Source: an uncultured Acidobacteriota bacterium | GTDB lineage: Bacteria > Acidobacteriota > Blastocatellia > RBC074 | Reading direction: 5' to 3' | Assembly: GCA_963796275.1 (NCBI GenBank) | Contig: CAWCKY010000007.1 | Span: 992,001-1,056,000, forward strand | Length of the DNA stretch: 64,000 bases | Position numbers and translations under genes: made by a program | In this document: piece by piece, positions 22,715 through 33,556 of the stretch | How the letters are laid out: every line of letters begins with the position of its first letter | Position numbering within the stretch: position 1 is the first letter of the stretch | The notes under the pieces: model-generated | The model's input: the letters and a program-made list of their open reading frames with translations, nothing else | Databases searched by the model: none | What the model was told of the DNA's origin: nothing

Positions 22715-23009
22715 CGAATTGACGTGCTGCCTTTTTGGGTGTACTCATCGAAGCTCGACATAATCAGGCATCTTTTGACTTCACGATAGGGGTGAGGCTT
22801 AAGCGGCACGCACTTCAATCTCTAGTTTGTGAATCGTCGGTGTGACGGTAGCGACAGGTGGTTCGAAATGCAATATTCAAGTGCTTCACGTAAATTGTTT
22901 AATGCCTCTTCTTCACTATGTCCCTGACTGGCTATATCTACTTCGAGACATTGGCAACAAACCAATCACCTTCCAGTGAGACACTAGCTGTAAATTCTAA
23001 TCGGTTCAT
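22715..23009 (-). pseudogene. hicB: Degenerate hicB-hicA toxin-antitoxin pair
   Basis: Manual translation with frameshifts: MNRLEFTASVSLEGDWFVA/CLEVDIASQGHSEEEALNNLREALE/HFEPP... (22799-23009), then a truncated HicA-like PLKPHPYREVKRCL...QKGS. Confidence 0.75.
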
Positions 23010-23413
23010 AATCCTCCAACTGACCGAACTCTACAAAAGAAAGTATACAGTTTAGAGTATACTCGTCAAAATATGCTAAGGTCAGGCCAGAGTATTTATG
23101 GGTTCAATAATCTTCAGGCCGGGCGTACCAATTATTTCCTTCGGTAAGCGAGATAATAGGTTGTAAGTCCGGTTTGGCGCTTACTCGGGAACAAAGTTTC
23201 ATTAGCTCCAAGATACAGTACACTTAGGAACGCTATAGGGGTTGGCCGTACTTGCATTTTGGTAACATCCTCTATGTTTTGCTGCAAGAATAAGCGGTAT
23301 CCGGCGCTTCCTCAGGTGGCAATCCGGTGCCGTCGCGCGGGCTCATTGGACCTGGCGTTCGGCAGCAGCGGTGGAGAATTTGGATACCGGCAGCGTAGTA
23401 AGAGGGAAACCAC

Positions 23414-23794
23414 ATGGGCCGTATCTTATGTTCCAAGCATGGCGAATCAGGCATTGCCTTCGTATGTTCGCACGTAAGAAGAGCCGTGATCTCCAATGAG
23501 GCAATCTCGGAAATTCAATATTGGCACTTCGAATTTACGGGTGGGATTGGAATTGAACTATATTTCTGCCCGAATTGCACTAATGAACTCCAAATGCATG
23601 ACCTACCGCGCTCGGGAGAAAAGTCATCAAGTGAACAAGAGGACGATCGCGTTGAGGCGATCATCGCAAAGGTCTGGGATGGTTCCGATGTGGTATGCTC
23701 CAGCTGCCTCTATGACGCAGCTGGAGTTCCGATTCAGACGGCAAGCATATCCGACGTGGAGCAAGGTAACGAACTCTACGGTGCTCGGAAGTAA
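23414..23794 (+). CDS. Cys-rich hypothetical protein; 3' end abuts the group II intron
   Basis: 126 aa with RBS GAGGG; CxxHG, VCSH, FCPNC and VCSSC motifs. Confidence 0.55.
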   Translation: MGRILCSKHGESGIAFVCSHVRRAVISNEAISEIQYWHFEFTGGIGIELYFCPNCTNELQMHDLPRSGEKSSSEQEDDRVEAIIAKVWDGSDVVCSSCLYDAAGVPIQTASISDVEQGNELYGARK

Positions 23795-24556
23795 ACGCCA
23801 CAGCTGCCATAACGACATAGAGCGTTATCGGTGGGAGCGACCTGGGTGGCAAGCAAACCTGGAGGCCTGAACATCAAGAAATGTCTGCCGCTCCGAAATA
23901 GAGTTCCCGTGCTGAAGTCGCCGCATGGATAGTGGTTGGGAAAGCCGACATAGCCTAACGTAGGGAAGGCCGATGACTGGCGGGAAGAAACGGGTAAGTG
24001 CACCGCCAGACCCGCCGGGGTAGAAGACCAAGCATCCGGGGAAGGATTCGCAGAGATAAGGTCGGGAAGGTCCTGGTGACCAGCCGCGGGTGGTCCAAGC
24101 GGCAAAGACTTGATCAATAGCCGAAAAGCGAAGTGATCGAGAGGCAACAGGACTGGCACATGAGGCCGTAGTAGCGATGAAGGGAAGGCAACGCTTCCTG
24201 AGCGAAGGGCCTCTGGGTACGTAGCTACTACTTTAACGAACCAGAGACTGGACACAGAGCCAGACAATCTCAGGGAGACGGAAGTTAGAAAGGCTGTGAG
24301 CAAACCTCACAGGGAAGAGGGAATGTTGACCACAACTAAAGCTCAACTCGATGGGGGAAGGCTCACAGGTGAAGGGGGAATAGGGTACCTCGGCTGCGAC
24401 TTGAAACTGGACTCGGGAAAACCGACCGTCCGGGATTATAGGGGGGCTCTGGGAAACATAGACTATGGAGGAATTAGGTTCCCGTTCCACAGATCGAAAG
24501 AGTGGAGATCGGTCACTCCCCTCCTAAGGTGCTATGCGCCCAGTTTCTATCCCAAT
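23781..24556 (+). ncRNA. ORF-less group II intron-like RNA
   Basis: DI-DIII-like motifs (CCGCCGGGGTAGAAG, GAGGCCGTAGTAGCGATGAAG...GAGCGAAGGGCCTC); DV-like ACTGGACTCGGGAAAACCGACCGTCCGG; DVI ending TTCTATCCCAAT; DIV about 180 nt with no RT. The 5' end is approximate. Confidence 0.8.
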
Positions 24557-25034
24557 CGTCATACCGTATTTCCACTGTTGCGCCCGCCTCACGCAACGCT
24601 TTTTCTAACGCAGCAAATTGCATTGGCCAACCTTGAGCTATTTGAAACACGTTTTGATTTAACAAATCTTGAACGGCACTTGGGGCCGCATTAGTTGAAG
24701 CCCGTATAACCGCAAACACTTTTGCTCTATTGGGGCCCACATTTGTAACCCAGAGCGTTGGATCTGTGACGAGACCATACTCACGGTGCGACAGAACTAC
24801 ATTCAGTTTCGTACGAAGAGCCCCTACAGCCTGATCGAGTGTCATGCCTTTACATAATTTGGCTTCCTTAGCGTGCTGAGCGCAGAACCACCCAGCCCCC
24901 CGAGGATGACCACCTACCATATTCTCCGGCAGTGGCTCGTAGTCCGAAAATAAAATGAGTTCCCCACCCTTGTTGGTATGGAAGTGCTCCGACCTGAAGT
25001 CTTTCCCGCAAAGTTCGCAAATTGGTGGTTTCAT
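24513..25034 (-). CDS. Hypothetical protein: N-terminal Cys/His motif + ribosomal L7/L12 C-terminal-like domain; native stop displaced by the intron
   Basis: CELC...WFCAQH; VGPNRAKVFAVIR...LEKALREAGATVEIR resembles the L7/L12 CTD; GTTAGGC lies just upstream of the start. Confidence 0.65.
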   Translation of the reverse strand: MKPPICELCGKDFRSEHFHTNKGGELILFSDYEPLPENMVGGHPRGAGWFCAQHAKEAKLCKGMTLDQAVGALRTKLNVVLSHREYGLVTDPTLWVTNVGPNRAKVFAVIRASTNAAPSAVQDLLNQNVFQIAQGWPMQFAALEKALREAGATVEIRYDDWDRNWAHSTLGGE

Positions 25035-25134
25035 ATTTTCTTAGCGCCTAACTCACAATACTGTTAACACCTTTTGACTTGGCATTGCAATAAAACGGGC
25101 CGTTTAGCAGGATGGGGTTGTGGCAACAACTCCG

Positions 25135-25400
25135 TTTTCTAACCGCACGACCCGTGACGATTGTCACGGCAACCTTAAATCAGCTGTCGGCGATCTCCAA
25201 GCCGCAACGCAAATTCGTCGCCGCGCTGTTGGCCACGATTCTGGCCCTGAGTGAGCGCTTCAATTATCGTAATCTGGCGCGTTACGGTAGCTATTCAGAG
25301 CGCACTCTGGTATGCCAACTACAAATACATTGACGTTGTTCTCAGGGGCGGCTTCCACGTGGTTTCCAAATTGAGATCAGACGCCAATTCATTATCTATC
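25135..25400 (+). pseudogene. Internally deleted DDE (IS4/IS701-like) transposase remnant
   Basis: KPQRKFVAALLATIL...FNYRNLARYGSYSERT and VVSKLRSDAN fragments. Confidence 0.55.
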
Positions 25401-25538
25401 TTCAGCAAGTCGTCAAGCGTTTCCTGGCGGTTGAGCTGGTCACGCGCTAGAATCGGCCTTCACATTTGCCCACTGTTGTTGCGTTTTCTTGAAGGGGCGA
25501 ATCCTCTGGCACCTCCTCAAACCGGGCATCTCACGCGA

Positions 25539-26738
25539 CTATTCTTTGAAAGTCGGGGACAACCGGAGCCGCAACAACAACACGGCGGCTACCAGCATGA
25601 CCACAAGAAAAAGAGAGAATGCCAGTCGATAGGAATGAGTTCGACCAAGCCACAACAGCACTGGGGCGAGCACGCTACCTAATCGCGTAGTGAAGAATAG
25701 ATAGCCATAAATCTCTCCGAAAGAGCGTATACCAAAAAAGAGGCATATGAGATATGGCACCGCGCTCATAATGGCGCCGTAACTGAAACCGATCAGCGCG
25801 GCAGCAAGGCAGGCGCTCACGCTGGTCACACCAACGAGAAGTAGGGCAACCCCCAGTGTTACCGCAGCGAATGTGAGGCCCACCACGCGAATCGCTGGAA
25901 ATAGGTCTAGCAACCACCCCGTAACTAAACACCCGATCAGGCCCGCTGGCACCAGCAAGGAGAGAGCAAATTCAGCGGTCTGAGCCGAGATACCATGATC
26001 CGTCATTAAGTATTCCAGGTAGAACATGCAGGACCGTATTATGGCTGAAACCAGGATAAAGGCGAACATCATAAGCCAAAAGGTCCCACTAAGAAGGGCT
26101 TCGCGGCGGCCGATTCCTGAGGTTCGGTCCTTTATCGATGAGGCTTCCTGCGGAGGGGGCTCTTTGAGAAAGTACAGCAAGACCGGTATTGCAACCAGCA
26201 GCACAGCGCCGCCGAGCAGCGCATATGAGATTCGCCAGTCGAATCTGTCGATCAGGCCGTGCACTACTATCGGCCAGACAATTCCTCCGATTCCCGTAGC
26301 GCATAATATGACACCAAGTGCTAGCCCGCGCCGTGTAGTAAACCAGCGGGATATCAGGCTGGCATGCGGCACAGCTGAAGTTCCCGCGCCGAGCAACCCG
26401 AGAATGACGAGGAGAAGATAAAGAACCCAGAGATGGTGTGTGAACAATGAAAGCGCCGCGAAGAGCGTGCCGTAAAGCGACATAGAGATAATGATCAGCC
26501 GCTGCGCTCCGAAGTGATCGGTTAACCGGCCAACCACCAGCATGCCGCAGATCGTCCCCAGGCTGCCCATCGAGAATGCCAGTGTGACTTGTATATTTGT
26601 CCAACTGAATTGCTCACTCAGCGGCACGATAAACATGCGGTTGGTAACTACCAGCAACGATCCATAACTGAAAAACAGTCCAATAACCGAGGCCGCCACT
26701 ACAGGCCAGGCCTTTCTATTTAGATGGGTACTTTCCAT
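25539..26738 (-). CDS. MFS transporter (OFA/MCT-like)
   Basis: 399 aa, about 12 TM; GRLTDHFGAQR motif A; RWFTTRRGLALG. Confidence 0.9.
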   Translation of the reverse strand: MESTHLNRKAWPVVAASVIGLFFSYGSLLVVTNRMFIVPLSEQFSWTNIQVTLAFSMGSLGTICGMLVVGRLTDHFGAQRLIIISMSLYGTLFAALSLFTHHLWVLYLLLVILGLLGAGTSAVPHASLISRWFTTRRGLALGVILCATGIGGIVWPIVVHGLIDRFDWRISYALLGGAVLLVAIPVLLYFLKEPPPQEASSIKDRTSGIGRREALLSGTFWLMMFAFILVSAIIRSCMFYLEYLMTDHGISAQTAEFALSLLVPAGLIGCLVTGWLLDLFPAIRVVGLTFAAVTLGVALLLVGVTSVSACLAAALIGFSYGAIMSAVPYLICLFFGIRSFGEIYGYLFFTTRLGSVLAPVLLWLGRTHSYRLAFSLFLVVMLVAAVLLLRLRLSPTFKE

Positions 26739-27425
26739 TTCGGATTATTGCATCCTTCGAATCTAAATCGTACTGCGATCTGGAATGCATGCGGAGCATC
26801 GTGTCCCTGCTGTGAAGAAGCTTGTCTCGGCACTTCGGTATCTTGATTGCTCTCTGGTTGGGAGCCTCACCTACGCCCCTTTCGGAGGCTGTGTGAGCCT
26901 TCGGTGCGCTGGTACCTTGTCGTACCAACGCACCGAAAGCTCACGATTGATCTGCGGCACCTATAACCATGGCAACACTACCTACAGTACCGGAGCTTGT
27001 TCCGCTATCACTCTCCCGCATGCAGCGAAAGCCGTAGATATCGAATCGTCAACCGCCACCTGTAAGCCGTAACGCATGGACGCTATTCTCGGGTCATTCG
27101 CCACACGATCGAAAGGGTGAGCGCGGGTTGGACGTACCTCAAATTTCGCGCTTCAATCCACCGCGCGGAGGAATATTCGATCACCCACTTTTCTTGCATG
27201 CAGAACATCAACCCTTCAGCCTCCCTAAGAATGAATATGGCGAACTTCGGAACAGGCTCATGTCCGCGTTCGGCGGCCCCCGCTACTATGAAATCCAGTC
27301 AGCTAGCCGTTGCGGGAGAGACGAGCGGTCGAACGCGACGGCTGACCGCAGGATATCGCACTGCACTTCGTATCGCGTAGCGTGTTTTCGATAAGATTTA
27401 CTCGTCGCATATCGCGGCATTCTTT

Positions 27426-28455
27426 TTATTTGGCCTTCGGCCATAGCAGATGGCCCGTTATATTCAGGCGGATGCGAAACAGCGTCTTTCCCGCCGTGAT
27501 GTAGAGTGTTTTCAAGTCCGGATCGCCGAATGTGCAGTTGGTTACCATATCTTCCGGGACGGGAATTACGCCGATCTGCCTCCCTGCGGGAGAAAATATG
27601 TAGACGCCTGCCTTGGCCAGCCCGCTCTCCGATGGAGGATTCGGCGTATTGAGCCCGGCGGTCACATAGAGATTCCCACGGCTGTCGAGACACATCCCAT
27701 CACCGCCGCGACTCACACCAAAGTCGTGAATGACACGGCGTTTGCCTGTTGAGCCATCGGCGCTCAATTCATAAGCAATGACTTGGCGCGAGCCACCCGC
27801 CAGGTTGTTGTTGTCTATCACATAGAGCGTCTTCTGATCAGGGGAGACAGCGATCCCGTTCGGACGTTCTAGGTCATCGATCACCCGGTTTATCTTTCCA
27901 TCCGGATCAATGCGGTAAACCGCTTCCTTATCCATCTCCATTCCCGACCTATCGCCATAGCGTGGGTCGGTGAAGTAGAGCCGGCCCTGAGCATCCACAT
28001 CAATATCATTGGGGCTGTTGAATGGCTTGCCCTGGTACGAGGCTGCCAACACGGTGAGACTGCCGTTATGCTCCGTTCGCGTAACTCTGCGGCTACCTCC
28101 TTCGCAAGCCACGAGTCGCCCTTCGAGATCGAAGACCAATCCGTTGGCGCGACCTGAAGGCTGGCGATAGACCTCAATCAGTCGACGGGGGACGGGGTCC
28201 GGGCCCGGCGCCGAGCGCATAATTCGATTATTGCTGACATCGGTAAAATAGACGCTGCCATCCGCGTGATACACCGGCCCTTCCGTGAAGGCTACTGTTG
28301 AAACCACCTCAAGTTTCGGCTTCTGTTGGCAAGACAGGAACCTGTGCCTGAATGCCAGCTGACAGTATCATCAGAAATAGAGTCGTTATCGATCTTTGGA
28401 TTCGCTGAATCAAATTATCCATAATCTTAGTGCTCGGATCCTTGCCATAAATCAT
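27426..28455 (-). CDS. Secreted SMP-30/gluconolactonase family protein, frameshifted at about 28318
   Basis: FTEGP, FNSPND, LYFTDP, RPNGIAVSPD and GDGMCLD motifs; signal peptide in the upstream frame (ATG 28422 or in-frame ATG 28455). Confidence 0.88.
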
Positions 28456-28925
28456 CTAAAAACCTCAAAAAGATACCCCATCCATAGCGAACATCTGGGT
28501 GAGCTTGGAGGGAGAAAGAATTTTGAGATCGTGCTCCAGTACGATTAATTCTGTAGCCGTTCGCCTTCTACAACACCCGGCAGTATCGATGGCTGATCCC
28601 CTGGACTGTGCTGCCCCAGTTACCACATTGAATGAGCCGCTGCTACGTACTGCGACTCGCCCTACATAACAGCCGATCTTTTGGCCAGATCTGACGATTG
28701 CCTTAATGATATCTCCGGTTCTGAAGCCTTTGACAGTACGCGGTCCTTTGGCTGATGTGCGCGGAAACCCGTACTTGTCCATCCGACACATCTGGCGAGT
28801 GTTATGCCCTGTCGCCTTGATCTCAAATGGGATAACTCCGTCGACAGCGACCTGTGCGGCGTAGACTTCCCGACGCAGGCTGCGTCGGTCCAGTGGGCCT
28901 TGGGTAGTTCTCGCACAGTCCGGTT
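28456..28925 (-). pseudogene. iscB: iscB C-terminal remnant with IS right end
   Basis: LPKAHWTDAAC (RuvC-III), RQMCRMDKYGFPR, GFRTGDII, GRVAVRSSGSF and QGISHRYC; end hairpin homologous to 22011-22075; followed by ATGA. Confidence 0.85.
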
Positions 28926-29145
28926 ATATTTGGTCAGTCCGCCTGGCTGATGAGACCGACATCACCAAAACATTTCTCCCCATACTTGGCGTCATACGAT
29001 TGCGACTGAACTCCTCGACGCTGGTGCGCCGCTCTCCAAAGTATCCAACCTTCTTGGGCACAGCGACACGAAGATCACAGCAAAAACTTACTACTCGGAC
29101 CCTGAGGGCCTGAACGTCGAAGATTACATCGAGAAGGATAACTGA
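28926..29145 (+). pseudogene. Tyrosine recombinase C-terminal fragment
   Basis: ISPHTWRHTIATELLDAGAPLSKVSNLLGHSDTKITAKTY*. Confidence 0.75.
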
Positions 29146-29221
29146 CAAAACTGGTGTTTCGCTCTAACTCGGGCTCGTCAGCAGTTCTTGATTCCGGATT
29201 GGAGCCTATGGGCGTGCTCGA

Positions 29222-30232
29222 CTAATCATTGCGTTTAAGAGTCGGCCGCTCTGTTTGCAGCTGTGTGGAATTGATGCTATCGGTGGCCGGAGCTGGACGA
29301 CGCTTGAGCGTCGGGCGTTCGCGCTCGTTCTGTACGCTCTCCGAACGCCGTGACGTGTTGATCGCGACCAGCCGTGCCTTGACGGTGCTGAAATCGGAAG
29401 AGCTGACCTCATACTCATTCCTCTCCGGGAAACGGATGACAAGCTCGCTCACTTCTTTGATCCGATCACCGGTCAGCGGATGAGTGCTGAAGAGCTTGGA
29501 GATAGTGCCCGGTTTCTTCTTCTCTTTGGCCTCAAGCTTTTCGAAGAAGCTGACCATCGCCTGCGGATCATATCCGGTAGCCCACATATATTGAGCACCA
29601 AGCCGGTCGGCCTCTTCCTCGGCGCCGCGCGAGAATTTGAGAAAGCCCAGCGGAATCGCCAATCCGGCGGCCTGCTGAATCGCGTAACCACCGATCCCGC
29701 CCAGGAAGATCAGCGGAAGCGAGGCATAATTGATCAGGCTGCTTTTGGATGCCTGCTCGACACCATGACGTGCTGCCACGTGCGCGGTCTCGTGCGCGAT
29801 CACCCCAGCCAGCTCAGCTTCATTGTCGGCGGCTTCGAGAACACCGCGGTTGATATAGAGAAAGCCGCCCGGCAGCGCGAAGGCATTGATCTCGTTAGAA
29901 TCGATCACCTTGATTGCGAACGGTACTTTGGAGTCTGAGTGGAGGGCTATGTTCTGCCCGACGCGGTTAACATACTCAGTCACCAGAGGGTCGGTGACGA
30001 ACTTTGATTCCCGGTCGATCTCTGCGGCGAGCTGCCGACCGAGGGTGACCTCTTTATCGATCGAGTAAAAATCGATCTGACCCTTGTTGATATTCCGCTT
30101 GCCGATCAAGAGCGGATTTTCTTTGTCTTCCAGCGGCTTCTGTTTCGTTTGCGCGAGTCCTGGCGCCACCGCCAGCAATAGTGACATTACGAGCAAGCTT
30201 ACTTTGGGCAGAAATATGGTGTTCATCTTCAT
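29222..30232 (-). CDS. M48 family metallopeptidase (BepA-like)
   Basis: Signal peptide; INAFALPGG, AHETAH (HEXXH), EEEADRLG and STHP motifs. Confidence 0.92.
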   Translation of the reverse strand: MKMNTIFLPKVSLLVMSLLLAVAPGLAQTKQKPLEDKENPLLIGKRNINKGQIDFYSIDKEVTLGRQLAAEIDRESKFVTDPLVTEYVNRVGQNIALHSDSKVPFAIKVIDSNEINAFALPGGFLYINRGVLEAADNEAELAGVIAHETAHVAARHGVEQASKSSLINYASLPLIFLGGIGGYAIQQAAGLAIPLGFLKFSRGAEEEADRLGAQYMWATGYDPQAMVSFFEKLEAKEKKKPGTISKLFSTHPLTGDRIKEVSELVIRFPERNEYEVSSSDFSTVKARLVAINTSRRSESVQNERERPTLKRRPAPATDSINSTQLQTERPTLKRND

Positions 30233-30320
30233 CCTCCGGTAACATTGTCTTCACCTTTCGTTACGAGAGAGCTTTCCCATCAGATTTGCTATCTATTCAA
30301 ACTCAATTATTTTCACACGG

Positions 30321-30848
30321 CTACCTTTCCATCCACGAGAGTAAGAGCGAATGCGATGGGATATAGATTTCACCTCTCCCCAAACCCATCGCCCGTTTTT
30401 TCTCCCGCACGTAGCGGCGCACAGTCGATTCACCGATCTCCACTTTTAGTTCCTGATCGATCCCGACATAGATTCGATGTGCCGCGTGCGGTTGTTTCCG
30501 TGGCGCTCTGCGATCACTCTCCAATATCTCATCGATGAAGGCTTGTACCGGACCAAGAATTGGGCGATTGCGGACTGGGTTCTTGCGCTCCGGCGGCAAG
30601 GCATCCTGGAGCGCTTGCCGGACCATCCGTCGATGCACTCCGAATTTCTCTGCAACACCTTTAATGGTTCCTATTCCGTACTGATATTCGCGGCGTATTG
30701 CTTCGAATAGTTCCACTTTGGCTCTCCTATCCATCCCATCCTCCCCTTGTTGGACGTATCTAAATCCAACACAGGATAGATGGGTTGTGGCTTAAGGGGT
30801 GGGCCAAATGAGATGATCGAAGTGGGCCGATTTAGAGTATCGGAATCA
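30321..30848 (-). mobile_element. istA: Truncated IS21-family element (left end + istA 5' part)
   Basis: [17 protein letters not shown]...[11 protein letters not shown]...[11 protein letters not shown]; terminus TGATTCCG with repeated GGCCCAC boxes. Confidence 0.85.
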
Positions 30849-31262
30849 ATCTTCTGGGTTTCTTGTGCTCTGGTTTCTGCCGCACGTCGCAGTTCATCAT
30901 CTCCACTACTATTTCCTGTGGTGTAAGAAACAACGTAAATATCTTCTCCATAGGGATCAACATATTTCAGCGGATTGTTCCAGACATAGGTATATCGGTT
31001 CCAGTTTTGTGGTTGGCTTAAGTATTCTTCAAAATCATCTTCATTATCTATTGAAAGGGATCTGGACTCGTGAAGCTTCCCTGAAATGAAGCAAAATAAC
31101 GTGCCTGAGCGAAATCGAGCCCCGTCTCATCATCTCTCTCATACCCGGTAAACTTCTGCCGCACCGAATTGTCGCCATAACCGAGCTCTGCGCTTCTGAG
31201 CTCAACTCCGTTTCCGAGCTGTTCGCCGAAGGGTAAAAAATCGTTCCGTCTTACTTCTCCCA
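30849..31262 (-). pseudogene. Rhs repeat-associated core fragment; toxin tip cut off by IS21
   Basis: RQKFTGYERDDETGLDFAQARY...FTSPDP, then after a frameshift PQNWNRYTYVWNNPLKYVDPYG. Confidence 0.85.
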
Positions 31263-31545
31263 GGCTACCTGAAGAAGGCTTACATGTCGCGCGCATTCGA
31301 TATTGAAACTATAGATTTGGCAAAGCATTCTCAGTCAGGAGGCCAGTTCTTCGATATATCGAGCGCGACGCGCCGGGGAGTCAGGCATGAAAGTGCAACG
31401 ACCTGCAATCTCACCAACCCCGCGCCAATCGAAGACTGCCGCACTTGCCCCGATCCAGGTAATTTCGATTTGGATCAGACGCCAGCTCTTCCTTCGACGC
31501 ACTCAATCAGAGTATACTCGGCGCTCCCCAGTCCTAGAGGTGTAT

Positions 31546-32046
31546 ATGATAAAAACTCGAGTCTCACTCCTTCTTTTTGCTGTGTTCGGTTTGTCCGTTG
31601 AAGCTTCCGTCATTGCACAGGTAACTCCGAATCCGCAGACGCAGCCCGAAACAGGCGCCTGCAAAGGCTATAAGATGCCGATCATCAAGCCGGATGAAAG
31701 CATCGACTATAAGACGCCGGTTCGGAAACCTCCCGAGGGGATCGATTATAAAATGATCGTCATTAATCCTTGCCCAATGGATACGCTCGCTGGAAATTTG
31801 ACGCCGCCGCCGAATCGTGGCTTTGGTCTGAATCCACGTCTGACAACGCCAGGAATCGGGCCAGGGACTCGTTCTTTCGAACCGAGGTTTCCGTCTCCGC
31901 AGTGGACGCCGCCGTCGGGTGGATCAGGTACGTTGCAACCAAAGCTTCCATTCCAATTACAATCGAGTGAGGGCGCCGAAAAAAGCAAATCTCCCTCCGA
32001 CCTTCTCCGGAAATTTGCGACGCCCGTCGAAGGGAAAAAGCCCTGA
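31546..32046 (+). CDS. Secreted Pro-rich hypothetical protein
   Basis: RBS GAGG, signal peptide and a short KPxExIDYK repeat; strong terminator follows. Confidence 0.6.
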   Translation: MIKTRVSLLLFAVFGLSVEASVIAQVTPNPQTQPETGACKGYKMPIIKPDESIDYKTPVRKPPEGIDYKMIVINPCPMDTLAGNLTPPPNRGFGLNPRLTTPGIGPGTRSFEPRFPSPQWTPPSGGSGTLQPKLPFQLQSSEGAEKSKSPSDLLRKFATPVEGKKP

Positions 32047-32070
32047 CAAAACAAGCGACAAGTTCAAAAC

Positions 32071-32120
32071 AAAAGCGAGGCCGGCGAAAATCCTGAACTT
32101 TCGCCGGCCTCGCTCTTTTT
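32071..32120 (+). terminator. Intrinsic terminator
   Basis: AGCGAGGCCGGCGAAA...TTTCGCCGGCCTCGCT followed by a T tract. Confidence 0.85.
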
Positions 32121-32195
32121 GCTGGTTCTTATGCTTTTTCCTATCTCCTCATCGATTTTGAGCTTCGATTGTGACCATGCTGATCATCCGTAAGC

Positions 32196-32352
32196 TTTCG
32201 GCATTCACGCGTCAAACGATGGCAAGATCATGATTTTCGCTGGCGGCATCCCGCTGAAGCGCGAGGGCAAAGTAGTAGGTGCAATTGGTGTCAGCGGTGG
32301 TAGCGGCGATCAGGACCTTGCCGTCGCGACAGCTGGCGCAGCTGCATTTTAA
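32196..32352 (+). pseudogene. GlcG/HbpS heme-binding protein C-terminal fragment
   Basis: FAGGIPLKREGKVVGAIGVSGGSGDQDLAVA. Confidence 0.75.
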
Positions 32353-32396
32353 TGATGTCACAATGGCCGGACACTGACCGACGATGAGGTGTAAGG

Positions 32397-32550
32397 ATGA
32401 CTTGGAATCGAAATCGACTGACTGAAAAACTCGGCATCGACTACCCGATCATTCAAACGGGAGGAGCGATTGTCGCTTATCAATCCAACTTTGGCGGATT
32501 GGGATATTTCGGAGCGCTTAGTCTGTCACCGGAAGAAATTAAGAAGGAAC
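32397..32550 (+). pseudogene. Nitronate monooxygenase N-terminal fragment
   Basis: LTEKLGIDYPIIQ...SNFGGLG; similarity lost afterwards. Confidence 0.6.
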
Positions 32551-32729
32551 CGACAATGTTTGTTAAATCAGATCAGAAGACTTTCCTTCACCGCCAAGGA
32601 CACGCACATATATCCACCGTATGTTTAACGGCTAACCCAGATCAGATAATGCCTGCTCGATTATTGGCTGGATCATTATTGATTACACGTTTCAAAAGAG
32701 CTTTGGCTTTTACCTGTTGACCAGTTTCC

Positions 32730-33260
32730 TTAAGGAATCTTTAACGTGAGGTAAAACGGCCACAGGCCGAGCACAAACCGAACAATAAGGTTACGCCGCG
32801 GCTCATTATAGATTCCCACGCCGATGCTCAGAACTTTGATTTGCTCTTTTGGGATTTTGTAGGCGTGTACTGCTGCATCTGCGATGGCAAACAGAGTGGG
32901 GTTGTTGGCCACGAAACCGCCATCAATCACCTCTTGTCTTCTCTGGTTCACCGTATCAACGTGCTGTCTTTTGAAGAATGGAAAAGCCGCAGTGGATGCC
33001 ATTAGAGCATCGGTAATCGTGCAGCCGAAACCAGGGACAAACGTGCTCTTAAGGCCATGCGCCTGTGCCACTGAGGATTTGAAAATCATCGGTTTTTCAA
33101 GCACCAGGCTTGTTGCTACAATTCCGATATTGGTCTTGAATTCATCGAATTTTTTATCTTTCAAGACTGCTCCTGCGTTTCTCCTGAGGGCCTGACTCCT
33201 TCCATGTGCTGACTTGTGCCCCATCACATCGGAAATCAGTTTGAAGTATATGCTGGTCAT
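32730..33260 (-). pseudogene. Patatin-like phospholipase fragment
   Basis: ASTAAFPFF, IDGGFVANNP and VLSIGVG present; N-terminal GGGxxG and GxSxG motifs absent. Confidence 0.7.
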
Positions 33261-33556
33261 CTACCAACGTTCCACGGCGTTTCACGATTCAAGGTTTATG
33301 TCCAGAAGGCCACCCGAAATAGCTCTCTTGAAAGATGTAAGGTCAGCGTTCCACGATGTTTCACAGCAGGTGATTTTGGCATTCTGAATATGGACCATTT
33401 CGGGAGAAGCTGTCCGGTAGACTCGGCCGCAACGTACTGCGTGATCCAAAGCCACCTTCTGAGAGGATCACCGAGATTCCGATTTGCCTGATTGATTGAC
33501 AGCCTTCTGTCATTCACCTATGGACATTGCAATGAGAGAGGGGTATCTTCCTTGGT

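Noticed and set aside
23776-24303. 175-aa minus-strand ORF and other ORFs over 23.8-24.7 kb
   Set aside because: These are antisense or incidental frames over the group II intron RNA and show no RT motifs.
26785-27400. Short ORFs between the MFS and gluconolactonase genes
   Set aside because: No recognisable family or consistent frame; probably decayed sequence.
32730-33260. Patatin as a CBASS CapV-like effector
   Set aside because: It lacks the N-terminal catalytic motifs and no CD-NTase is nearby.
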